A stretch of 64,000 bases of DNA from an uncultured Gemmatimonadales bacterium (GCA_963701965.1 OY969695.1:4768001-4832000); one strand, 5' to 3'. Shown: positions 20,721-29,492, counted from the first letter of the stretch. The notes: a model not told the origin generated them from the letters alone. Made by a program: numbers and translations.

Positions 20721-22116
20721 GCGGCCGCCTCGGGGGCGCTAACTGGGCGACGTCCCGGCCAGCGAGTGGCGTTCTCGAATCGGGTGTACTGTTTGTTGAA
20801 GAACAGATTGACGGTGCCGATGGGCCCGTTCCGCTGTTTGCCGATGATGATCTCGGCCACGCCTTCGAGCGAGTTGTTGTCCTCGTCCTTCGTCTCGCCG
20901 TAGACCTCGGGGCGATGGATGAACAGCACCAGATCGGCATCCTGCTCGATCGCACCGGAGTCACGGAGGTCGGACAACTGCGGTCGTTTGTCAGTCCGGT
21001 GCTTTCCTTCTCGCGAGAGTTGAGACAGGGCGAGTACCGGTACGTTCAGCTCCTTAGCGAGTGCCTTGAGCGACCGAGAGATCGTGGCTACTGCGCGCTC
21101 ACGGGTGTCTTGCCGCCCAGCCGTTCCCTCCGCAATGAGCTGCAGATAGTCGACAGCTACCAAGCCAACCCCACCATCCCGGACCAGCTTGCGGGCCTCG
21201 GCGCGCATCTGGACCATAGTCACGTCCGCGTCGTCGTAGATCTCGATGTCCGCCTTCAACAGGGCACTGCCGGCGCGCGACAACCTGGCCAATTCAGCCA
21301 AATCCTTGGTGCCGCGTCGAATTGACTTATGGAGGTCTAGCCGCCCTTCCATCGCAAGCAACCGATCTGTCAGGGAGTCTTTGCTCATTTCCAGCGAGAA
21401 TACGGCGACGCGCGCACCGGAGGCCGCAGCGTGCTGACAACACTGCAGCATTAGCGCAGACTTGCCCATCCCCGGCCGGGCCGCGAGGATGGCGACATCT
21501 CCCGCGTTGAAATCCTGACGTAAACTCGTCTAGATCGTAAAATCCGCTCGGTACACCCGTTATCGGGTTCCCTGATAATCCGCGGCGCTCGATGCGCTCA
21601 ATCGCCGGGTAAATAAGGTCCCGAAGGGACGCGCGACGGAGGCCGCCCGTTGTGCTGGCCACCGCGATAACTCGTCGCTCGGCCTCGTTTGTCAGGTCCT
21701 CGGCTGATGACTGGGCATTCGAACGCAGACGCCACGATCGCGGTCCCCGCTTCGATGAGCTGGCGCAACCGTGCCTTTTCTCGCACGATGCCAGCGTGGT
21801 GCCCGACGTTCGCGGCAGTGGGCACGGCGTCGACGAGGCGCGAGATGTAGTCCTTGCCGCCCGCTCCATCGAGCTCGCCGCGGCGCTCCAGTTCATCCGA
21901 GAGCGTGAGCGGGTCGATCACGGCGCCGCGCTCGGCGATGGCGATCATGGCGCGGAACAGCCGCCGGTGCGCCGGCCGGTGGAACATCGCGTCGGTCAGG
22001 ACCTCGGACGCGCGCATCACGGCGTCCGTGTCGATCATCATCGCCGCCAGCACCGCCTGCTCCGCATCCTCGGAGTATGGGGGTTGCCGGTCTGCAAACG
22101 GGTCACGTTGAGTCAT
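20717..22116 (-). CDS. dnaB: DnaB-like replicative helicase; single-base frameshifts near 21718 and 21500
   Basis: PPYSEDAEQAVL N-terminus, ITGVPSGF.DLD, ARPGMGKS, VDYLQ, LSQLSR and DLRDSGAIEQDAD across three frames. Confidence 0.9.
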
Positions 22117-22288
22117 GCCGCGACCTCAACGTCTTGCTCAGGTACGCACTCGATATGATAGAGCGCGCCTGCGACTTCGATCTCGGGAGCGAAGCCGTTG
22201 CACCCGGCGCAGCATGGTGGTCGCGTCGCGGGTGTGTGCTCGGTCGTTTTACGGCTTTCAGTGACTGCTCTCGTCTCAGCCTGGCCAT
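22113..22288 (-). CDS. Small Cys-rich phage-type ORF; start uncertain, probable indel
   Basis: Frame reading PCCAGCNGFAPEIEVAGALYHIECVPEQDVEVAA* whose TGA overlaps the dnaB ATG; the nearest ATG (22288) is out of frame. Confidence 0.45.
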
Positions 22289-22436
22289 TCTTGGGGTCCC
22301 AATGATCGTTCGGTCCCTAACGGATCAGCATGTCCGCATGGGCGATCACCCCAGGCCTGTAGTGTTCTCGCATCACCCAGCCTAGCGTTGGACTCCCGTC
22401 AAATCGGCGGGGAGGCTCAAACCCAACGGAGGCTGT

Positions 22437-22568
22437 ATGTCACGCATCGCCACTCGCGTCATCCTGCTCATCACCGCCGCCACGCTGGCCGCTTGTGCGA
22501 CCACGACGGCACCGACGGCGAATGATTGCGGTGGAGGATCTGGCGTAGGCTCAGGCAATCACTGCTGA
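22437..22568 (+). CDS. 43-aa secreted lipopeptide (lipobox LAAC) ending in a Cys-bounded Gly/Ser segment
   Basis: GGAGG RBS, then MSRIATRVILLITAATLAACATTTAPTANDCGGGSGVGSGNHC*; below the ORF-track cutoff. Confidence 0.75.
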   Translation: MSRIATRVILLITAATLAACATTTAPTANDCGGGSGVGSGNHC

Positions 22569-22590
22569 CCAGCCACGTCGGCGTTGACGG

Positions 22591-24086
22591 CTACTGCTCT
22601 CCGGTAGCCGTCAACGCTTGCTCGCGCCGTTCACGGAGCCGCTGTGCGAGCGCATCGCGCAATTCCTTCGACATGCCCGCTACCGCTGGCTCGACGGGTG
22701 GGATGTCATCAAGAACCTCGAACCGGTATTGGTTGAGACCATACTCTCGCGCGATCTCCTGCATTCTCGCGAAGGTGTCTGCCGACATGGCGTCGCGACC
22801 GAACCGCCTGAATCCTTGCGCGAGCCGCCAATAAAAGTCGGCCTGCATGTCGACAGGAATCTCGGACGGGTCACCCATCGCCCGGCAATGGTGCTCGAAC
22901 GCCATTTCATCGCTGTCTTTTCATTCGCGAGCCGCAGGAGGCAGATGGTGGCGTGGGCGCGGGTCGCCCTCTGAGCGCCGGTGGCTTGGTTGATCAGGAG
23001 CGCATCCCGCGCGGATTCCCGCTCTCCCACATGCGTGAGGACGTTGGCCAAGTCCTCCAGTGCCCGTTCCTGCTGAAGCACCTCGTCGTAGAGCTCCAGG
23101 GCGGCGAAGAGAGACGCTGCGGCTGACACGTACTTGCCCATCTTCATTTCGGCGAGCCCGCGATCGTGCGTCGCCATCGCCTCCGCAGCCCGGTGACCAT
23201 CCGCCTGCGCAGCGAAGACGACGCCCTCTAGGAGACGGACCGCATCCGGCATGTTGCCGCGGTGCATCGCGAGACACCCTTCGGCATTGCGCACGCGAAG
23301 AACGGCCGCCTGGTCACCAATGGCCGTGGCAATGCGCTCGCCCTCTCGGTATGCATCAGCGGCCTTGTCGAGTAACCCTAACTGGCGGCAGCAATACCCC
23401 AGGCGGACATAGACCAGCGGGAGGCCGCTCTTGTCATCTGGACCCCGCGAATACTCACGCGCTGTCTCGTAGACGTCGATCGCCGGTGCCCACTCGCCTA
23501 GGTCCTCCAGCAAGAGGCCGTAGCTGAACAGCAGGACCGGGATGGGTCCCACGTCCGCGGTCGTGACGGCCTTCACGTTATCGGTCAGTCTGAGGAGCAC
23601 GTCCCGCGCGCAATGATCGTCGATTCCTTCGATGAGCTGACGCAACAGTACAAACTCGCGGAGCGTCGGATCGCGGCCCGAGACATCCCTCGTAGCCCAC
23701 CGATCCAACAGCCGCAAAGTGAGCATGCCCGAGACGAGGACATGCCGTCGCGGCGAATGCGCGTCTCCGAGTGCGGCGAGTCGATCAAAGAAAGCCAGAT
23801 GTGGGAGGGCCGGGCCGACATCCTTCAATTCCGAATTGGATGGGGCCAAGTCCAGATAGGCATCCGTCCCGTGCCAGCGCGGCTCGCGGCCGGCATTGGC
23901 CGTGTCGCCGTCGATAGGCTGCCATCGGTACTCGAGCCTTGCGTCCCCCCGCTCGTCGTAGGCGATCAGCGCGGTTCGCCGATACCCATTGCAGCACTTG
24001 GCCGCATCCGCCGCGCTCTGCCATGAATGCGGCTCTGGGCCAGAGCACAGAAACACACCTGGCGGGTTGGTCTCGTCGTCGGCCAT
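22591..24086 (-). CDS. Tetratricopeptide-repeat protein; frameshift near 22920
   Basis: Helical repeats (YVRLGYCCRQLG..AADAY; HDRGLAEMKMGKY..A; LEDLANVL..VG); C-terminus continues in the 22591-22905 frame. Confidence 0.8.
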
Positions 24087-24245
24087 GGGGCGCGGTCGGG
24101 GTTTTTCCGCGTGTCGTGGCGCACACTCACAACACTGTCGTCGGAGGGAACGTACGGCGCCGCACCCTGTTGGCCAGATGCGAGAACACATTGAGCCTGG
24201 TCTGTCGACCATCTTCGCCCGTAGCGTCACGGGCGCGCCGGATGG

Positions 24246-24497
24246 TTAGTGCCGCGTCTTCCGCTTCCCGGTTGGCCGTCTCACCGGTTGCGGGACGTAG
24301 TCGAAGAGTGCCCCCGGTTCGACTTGGAGGACATTGCACAGCGCTTGGAGTAGTCCGAGGCTCACCCGAGTCAGTTCGCCGCGCTCCCGAACGAGCCGGT
24401 AGAGGGTTGACTCCGTCAGGCGACCGCCCGAATCGCGGGCGATCTCGTAGGGGCTCTGCTTTCGCTCGTCGAAGATCTCCGGGATTCGTAAGCGCAT
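24246..24497 (-). CDS. Cro/C1-type (Xre) HTH regulator
   Basis: MRLRIPEIF..SPYEIARDSG..STLYRL..LQALCNVLQVEPGALF. Confidence 0.85.
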   Translation of the reverse strand: MRLRIPEIFDERKQSPYEIARDSGGRLTESTLYRLVRERGELTRVSLGLLQALCNVLQVEPGALFDYVPQPVRRPTGKRKTRH

Positions 24498-24532
24498 ATG
24501 TGGCACGAAACTACGGCGATCTGCGCGGGCCG

Positions 24533-24586
24533 GTACTGTCGGTAATGAGTGCACGCGTTAACGGGTGCACTCAGTCTTGACAGTAC
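24533..24586. promoter_or_regulatory. Long palindromic operator between divergent HTH genes
   Basis: GTACTGTC-N5-TGAGTGCACGCGTTAACGGGTGCACTCA-N5-GACAGTAC; contains TTGACA at 24577-24582. Confidence 0.7.
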
Positions 24587-24615
24587 GGCCGCCATGGCGC
24601 TTATTCACCCCACCC

Positions 24616-24882
24616 ATGGCACCCAATCCCTCACGCCGTCGCGCACTACTCACCTGCGAGAAGGTCGGCCGGGCCGTTCGCGTTCTTCGTGAGCGACGCG
24701 GATTGAGTCAGGCGAAGCTCTCCGCGCTGGCTGGCGTCGACCGACCTGCGCTCGGCAGCATCGAGCGGGGCAAGCAATGGGGGATCCTGAGTACCTATGA
24801 CAAGCTGCTCCTGGCGATGAACGCCAGCTGGATCGAGTTCGCGACCGTACTCGACATGCTCGCCGCTAGCAAGCAGTCGTGA
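24616..24882 (+). CDS. Xre-family HTH regulator
   Basis: VGRAVRVLRERRGLSQAKLS..GVDR..GSIERG. Confidence 0.88.
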   Translation: MAPNPSRRRALLTCEKVGRAVRVLRERRGLSQAKLSALAGVDRPALGSIERGKQWGILSTYDKLLLAMNASWIEFATVLDMLAASKQS

Positions 24883-24944
24883 CATCGCAAGGGCACCACA
24901 ACTGATCACAAGTGGCAGTCACCGTGAGAGCGCCGGGGGGCGAC

Positions 24945-25115
24945 ATGAACAACCGATGTGATGATCTGTTGAGGCGACGAGTAGCTCGATTCGAGCGAGA
25001 GCAACGCTGGGCCGACCTAAACGACGTTCTGGGTCGGTGGCCCTGGCCCGAAGGCGACCGTCCAGACCCGAGATGCGGCTTATGTGCATTTGCTGATCCG
25101 CATCGAGGTCCATGA
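24945..25115 (+). CDS. Small hypothetical protein
   Basis: ATG after a G-rich RBS-like run, in line with the rightward gene run; CxxC near the end. Confidence 0.35.
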   Translation: MNNRCDDLLRRRVARFEREQRWADLNDVLGRWPWPEGDRPDPRCGLCAFADPHRGP

Positions 25116-25139
25116 ACTCGGAATGGCGGGTGGAGCGCG

Positions 25140-25736
25140 ATGAGAATCCTTCCCGAAGTCGGCGCCGCCGGGTTCACGGACCGAGAGCGGGTTGCCATTT
25201 TTCAAGCGGTCATCGCGTACAACGGACTTACGGGAGCCGGAGCCGCTGGGCGGCTGGGCGTTTCCTACGCGCACACGCAGCTTGTGCTTAGTGGCGAACG
25301 GTTCGCGTCTCCCGCGCTCAAGGATCGACTCGCGGCCTTCCTCAAACAACCCGCGGAAGTGCTTTTCCCGGAGGAGGAGGAACGGCGCGCCAGACGCCGT
25401 ACGACGCGACAATGGGTTGAACGCGCCCCAGCCGCGCAGCCCCCGAACATGGTGCTACTCCGAGCACGATTGGCTACTTTGAAGATTTCCGGCCCAGCGG
25501 CAGCGAGAAAGCTGCAGTCGATTTACAACCACATGGTGTGCGTGCTGAGCCGCCAGCGAGAGGGGAGTGATGCTTTTAAGGGCCGAATCGCCGCGTTCAT
25601 CGGCAAGTCGGTGGAAGAGCTGTTCCCGTCCGCACGCTCAACGGCGCCAGTACCGCCAATGTCAGGATTCAGTCCTAACCAAGTTCACTCCGTGAGTAAT
25701 CCAGGCCGTACACCACAGCCGGGGATCTCATCGTGA
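25140..25736 (+). CDS. Protein with two tandem HTH-like repeats
   Basis: AAGRLGVSYAH..VLSGER..RLAAFL..EVLFP and AARKL..YNH..VLSRQR..RIAAFI..EELFP. Confidence 0.65.
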   Translation: MRILPEVGAAGFTDRERVAIFQAVIAYNGLTGAGAAGRLGVSYAHTQLVLSGERFASPALKDRLAAFLKQPAEVLFPEEEERRARRRTTRQWVERAPAAQPPNMVLLRARLATLKISGPAAARKLQSIYNHMVCVLSRQREGSDAFKGRIAAFIGKSVEELFPSARSTAPVPPMSGFSPNQVHSVSNPGRTPQPGISS

Positions 25737-25857
25737 GCAACCGAAGGAAGAAGAAGCCGAAGGGCGGCAGCCACGACCAGGTTAGCGCACGCCGCAAGCA
25801 GCGGGACGAGGAGCTAGAGCAGATTGCTCTGTACCCCGATTCGTGAGACAGTTTGGG

Positions 25858-26697
25858 CTAACCCATGAGACCCGCCGCGACGGCGACCGCCGCGCGGTAC
25901 TGCTGTGGCGCCTGGAAGCCGAGTGCCGAGTGCGGCGCGACCGCGTTGTAGTCGGCGATCCAGGCCGGGATCTGCGCGAGGACCGCGGCCGCCGCACTCC
26001 GATCGGCCCCGCTCACGTAGTCCCGTTTGAGGGTGTTGACGAACGCTTCCGACATCCCGTTCGATTCCGGACTCGCCTTGGGCGTGGTGATCGGCTCCAG
26101 ATGCAGGCGCTCGGCCGTGCAGATCGTGTCCAGCGCGGTGTAGATACTGCCGTTGTCACTCAACCACTGGATCGGCGCATTGGGCCGCGCGCCGACCCCG
26201 AAGCGCCCCGTGACCGCGCGGTGCATCAGCTGCTGGATATCGGACGCCACCAGATCGCGCGCTGCCGCCACGTACGCCAGCACCTCGCGATCGTGACAGT
26301 CCAACGCGAAGCCGATCTGCACGTATTCCCCGTTCCAACACGCGATCTCCAGCCCGTCAGAGCACCAGCGCTCGTTCGACACCGGTCGCTGGATCTGCCC
26401 CGTGTGCGCCCGCCCAGTGCGCCGCCGACACCGCCGCGGGAGCGTCCACCCATTCACCGCCATGACCCGGCGGATCCGCTTCACGTTGTACGCGGTGCCG
26501 AACGCCCGGTTGACCAGGGCCCGCACGCGCCGCGACCCGTACGTCGCTCGCGTCCGGATGACATCACGGATCTGCGCCGTCACGACGCGGTCGTCGGCCC
26601 GGGCGTAGTGCGGACCGCGCACCCGCTCCGGGCGATAGGCGCTCGCCCGGCCCATCCCCAGCACGCGACAGATCGCGGCCACCCTCCGACCGGTCAT
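25858..26697 (-). CDS. IS3-family transposase OrfB (DDE)
   Basis: YGSRRV, WCSDG, WLSDNGSIY and SNGMSEAFVNTLKRDY motifs. Confidence 0.95.
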   Translation of the reverse strand: MTGRRVAAICRVLGMGRASAYRPERVRGPHYARADDRVVTAQIRDVIRTRATYGSRRVRALVNRAFGTAYNVKRIRRVMAVNGWTLPRRCRRRTGRAHTGQIQRPVSNERWCSDGLEIACWNGEYVQIGFALDCHDREVLAYVAAARDLVASDIQQLMHRAVTGRFGVGARPNAPIQWLSDNGSIYTALDTICTAERLHLEPITTPKASPESNGMSEAFVNTLKRDYVSGADRSAAAAVLAQIPAWIADYNAVAPHSALGFQAPQQYRAAVAVAAGLMG

Positions 26698-27047
26698 CGC
26701 TTGGACACGCCGTAGTAGCTGGGCCTTTTTTTTATCTCCTCCCGCGCCGCGTGGAGAATCTCGATCTCCATGGTCTTCTTCCCCAGCGCGCGTTCCAGCT
26801 CCTTGATCCGCTGCTGCGCGGCCCGCAACTCACTCGCCGGTACCACCTCCTCGTTCGCCGTCACCGCCGTCGTGCTCCCGCGATCGGCGAGCTGCTTCCA
26901 GCGCCGGATCACCGACTGTTCCACCGCCAACTCGCGGCTCAGCTCCGCGATGGTGACCTCCTCGCGCAGCACGCGGCTGACCTGCTCCCGCTTGAATGCG
27001 GCGGTGAAGATCCGCCGTCCGTCCGAACCCCGCCGGTGTGTTTCCAT
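26694..27047 (-). CDS. IS3-family transposase OrfA; A8G -1 frameshift site at ~26725-26733
   Basis: RRIFTAAFK, RIKELERALGKKTME.EIL; slippery AAAAAAAAG near the 3' end. Confidence 0.93.
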   Translation of the reverse strand: METHRRGSDGRRIFTAAFKREQVSRVLREEVTIAELSRELAVEQSVIRRWKQLADRGSTTAVTANEEVVPASELRAAQQRIKELERALGKKTMEIEILHAAREEIKKRPSYYGVSKR

Positions 27048-27414
27048 TGGATCGATCTCCGTTGAGAAGCCAACCTACACTTCCCAAAGTGCCTCGTCCA
27101 ATCGGGGTACAGAGCAAGATCAGGCGGGCCGGCGAAGAGCTGGCGGCGTTGGGACTGGCCGAGGTGGTGCGCGACGCCGCCGGCAATCAGGTCGGTTTCA
27201 AGATCACAGGGGACGGCGAAGCTTTCGCCCAAGCCATGGTCTCTCCGCGCGCGACTTCCTGCGATAGGCCCCTGGTGCGATCAGGATGCGACTAGGCCAT
27301 CTCGGCCTAGGCGACCTTGCAGAGTTGCAATGTCTTGCCGATCGCCGATTGGTGCACCATTGTCGTGCGCTTGCCGGCCGTCAGTCGATAGAACTCCTCA
27401 CCAATCGGACGTAC

Positions 27415-27801
27415 GTGATCATCTTCCTGGTTTGGGTGGCGTGCGGCGTTCTAGGCGCGGCGCTGGGCGCCGACAAGAACAACGGCTGCATGGGCGCCGG
27501 CCTTGGGTTGCTCCTCGGCCCTATAGGTGTGGTGATCGTGCTGTTAATGCCAGACAACCGGCCAACCCCGACCGCAGATGACGAATCGCCGCTCGACGGT
27601 CGGGAGTGTCCGTTCTGCCGGAAGGACATTCACCCACTGGCGGTGATTTGCCCGTACTGCCGCAGCGCTCTGGCGCCGGCATCTCAGGCCGATCCGGCGC
27701 CCGATGCCGACCCGACTTCACGCGTCACATCGAATCGCGTCCGAGTGCGTCTCAGCGGTGAAATCGCCGCCAGGCCCAAGATCGATCGTAGCGACGGGTG
27801 A
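27415..27801 (+). CDS. Small membrane protein with C-terminal zinc ribbon
   Basis: Two hydrophobic segments (..LLLGPIGVVIVLL), then ECPFC..AVICPYC. Confidence 0.7.
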   Translation: MIIFLVWVACGVLGAALGADKNNGCMGAGLGLLLGPIGVVIVLLMPDNRPTPTADDESPLDGRECPFCRKDIHPLAVICPYCRSALAPASQADPAPDADPTSRVTSNRVRVRLSGEIAARPKIDRSDG

Positions 27802-27861
27802 ACGGTGAAGCGATGGCCGAGCCGGCTCGGCCATCGAGTCGCCAAATCCTTACCAGTGCCC

Positions 27862-28509
27862 ATGATGACTAAGAGCGAACGCGCACACTGCAATGGATGC
27901 GGCGGCGAAACCCTGCACACCATACTGGTGGAGCGTCAGCAACCAGGCTCCGAAGATATCTCCGGCGACGGAAGCCTGAGCATCTCTTGGCTAACGACGT
28001 GGGCAATGCTTGAATGCGCCGGATGCCTGACCGTATGCATGCGTCGGAGTTATTGGTTCTCCGAGACCGATGAAGTCTCGGTCGAGTTCTTTCCACCTCC
28101 CATTGCGCGAAAGCCACCGAGTTGGCTTCCAGCGCTGTCCGACGGCGTGGGCACGTTGCTCACTCAGCTGTATGTCGCACTCAACGCTGGCAGCCTGCGA
28201 CTAGCCATGATCGGGGCACGCTCGCTCATCGACGACGCGGTACAGGCTAAGATCGGTGATGCGGGAGGATTTGAGCGGAAGCTCGACATCATGCTGGAGC
28301 AGCAACTGATTTCGGAACCGCAAAAGCAGCGGCTCCTAGCAGCAGTCGAAACTGGCAATGCGGCGATCCATCGCGGGCACTCTCCATCGTTTGAGGACGC
28401 CGAATTGGTCATGGACATTGTAGAGGGCATGCTGCGCGACGAGTTACTCAGCGAGCGTGCGGCCGACTTGTACGAAAGAACACCTAAGAGGAATCCCCCG
28501 CGATCCTAA
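27862..28509 (+). CDS. DUF4145-like (HEPN-type) protein with N-terminal CxxC pairs
   Basis: CNGC..H, CAGC, AMIGARSLID and ETGNAAIHRG motifs. Confidence 0.7.
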   Translation: MMTKSERAHCNGCGGETLHTILVERQQPGSEDISGDGSLSISWLTTWAMLECAGCLTVCMRRSYWFSETDEVSVEFFPPPIARKPPSWLPALSDGVGTLLTQLYVALNAGSLRLAMIGARSLIDDAVQAKIGDAGGFERKLDIMLEQQLISEPQKQRLLAAVETGNAAIHRGHSPSFEDAELVMDIVEGMLRDELLSERAADLYERTPKRNPPRS

Positions 28510-28511
28510 GG

Positions 28512-29492
28512 TCACCGAGAGAAACCACGCTGCCACATCTCGTCGAACTCGAACCCGGTTGATCGCAGGCCCTTGATAACACCTTCAACCAAGCCTCTGG
28601 CATGCCAGTAGGAGAGAGTCCGTCCCTTACCACGAGCGAATGCGGCTGCGCCACCAGTGGCGAACACTACGATCGAAGGATCCCCGCCCTGGATCCAGCT
28701 ATATCCGCGGGCCAGGATCAAGATGGCATTCAGTCGCTCATACCCGGGCCGCCACACGTAGTTGTCGCTGTCATAGGCCAACGCCTTCAACGCACTCAGG
28801 CACCGTCGCGCTTCGCCGATGTAGCTATCTCGCCGTGCCACTGCCTCCGATTCTGGCACCCATCCGAGACCAGGCAACCCTAGTACCTCGGTGAGATCGA
28901 GAAGGGCTGCTCCCGTGACATCATAGTCCCGCAATTGCTTCGCAGCTTCCTCAACGGCGCCCTTAAGGCTCGCCTCATGCTTTGGCCTTTTGACCTCAAC
29001 TCCGTACAGCGACATGCCCTGTTCCACGATGAAATCCGGCGATCTGCCATTCCCGGCGCGGGGAACGCTTGGAAACAGCCCACCATGATCGAGAATGGTG
29101 CCGACCCACAATTGCGTTTGGAACCGGTACGCAGCCTGGCCGCGACGAACATCGCTGCCTCGCCCCTTCTGTGCGGCTTGAAGCTGAGCGGCCATTTCGA
29201 TCGAACGCGCCGCCGGAAGAAGCCGCGCTATCTCGCCGACCTCGATTGAATCAAGAATCGCGTTGCCTACCAGTTTCTGATCGGAGACCGCGTCGGGGAA
29301 GACCCGTGCATCGGCGACTGCTCTGAGCGCCCCGATCTCTTCGCGAAGCCGACCAAACTCGGGCACGCGTACGCCAGAATTGCCAAAGCCGCTAATGGCA
29401 TCTTCGAGACGGCCCGCAAGGGCCGCGCAGTCTGCAGGACGAACGCGAGAATCGAGGGGACCAGGGTAGGGGTGCGGCACGGGCCCAAACAT
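28512..29492 (-). CDS. Hypothetical protein with PD-(D/E)xK nuclease-like motif
   Basis: SPDFIVE..YGVEVKRP..A.KQL. Confidence 0.6.
   Translation of the reverse strand: MFGPVPHPYPGPLDSRVRPADCAALAGRLEDAISGFGNSGVRVPEFGRLREEIGALRAVADARVFPDAVSDQKLVGNAILDSIEVGEIARLLPAARSIEMAAQLQAAQKGRGSDVRRGQAAYRFQTQLWVGTILDHGGLFPSVPRAGNGRSPDFIVEQGMSLYGVEVKRPKHEASLKGAVEEAAKQLRDYDVTGAALLDLTEVLGLPGLGWVPESEAVARRDSYIGEARRCLSALKALAYDSDNYVWRPGYERLNAILILARGYSWIQGGDPSIVVFATGGAAAFARGKGRTLSYWHARGLVEGVIKGLRSTGFEFDEMWQRGFSR

Larger units (their letters stand above)
25825..27116 (-). mobile_element. IS3-family insertion sequence (IS2-group-like), 1292 bp
   Basis: TG..CA ends; inverted repeats beginning TGCTCTGTACCCCGATT; AGAT target duplication at 25821-25824 and 27117-27120. 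Confidence 0.95.
25733..27295 (+). pseudogene. Small ORF interrupted by the IS element
   Basis: Removing the IS and one AGAT copy gives the in-frame MSNRRKKKPKGG..EELEQIRRAGEELAALGLAEVV..*; GTGA overlap with the upstream stop. Confidence 0.65.

Noticed and set aside
22103..22288. ORF-track 61-aa protein MARLRREQ...
   Set aside because: Its C-terminal half looks non-coding; the alternative Cys-rich frame ending EVAA* with an ATGA overlap is more credible
22386..22428. Known riboswitch upstream of the peptide ORF
   Set aside because: No conserved motif of a riboswitch class I recognise; kept only as a generic hairpin
22437..22568. RiPP precursor peptide
   Set aside because: No modifying enzymes (radical SAM, YcaO, LanM, lasso cyclase) nearby, and the N-terminus is a lipoprotein signal rather than a leader peptide
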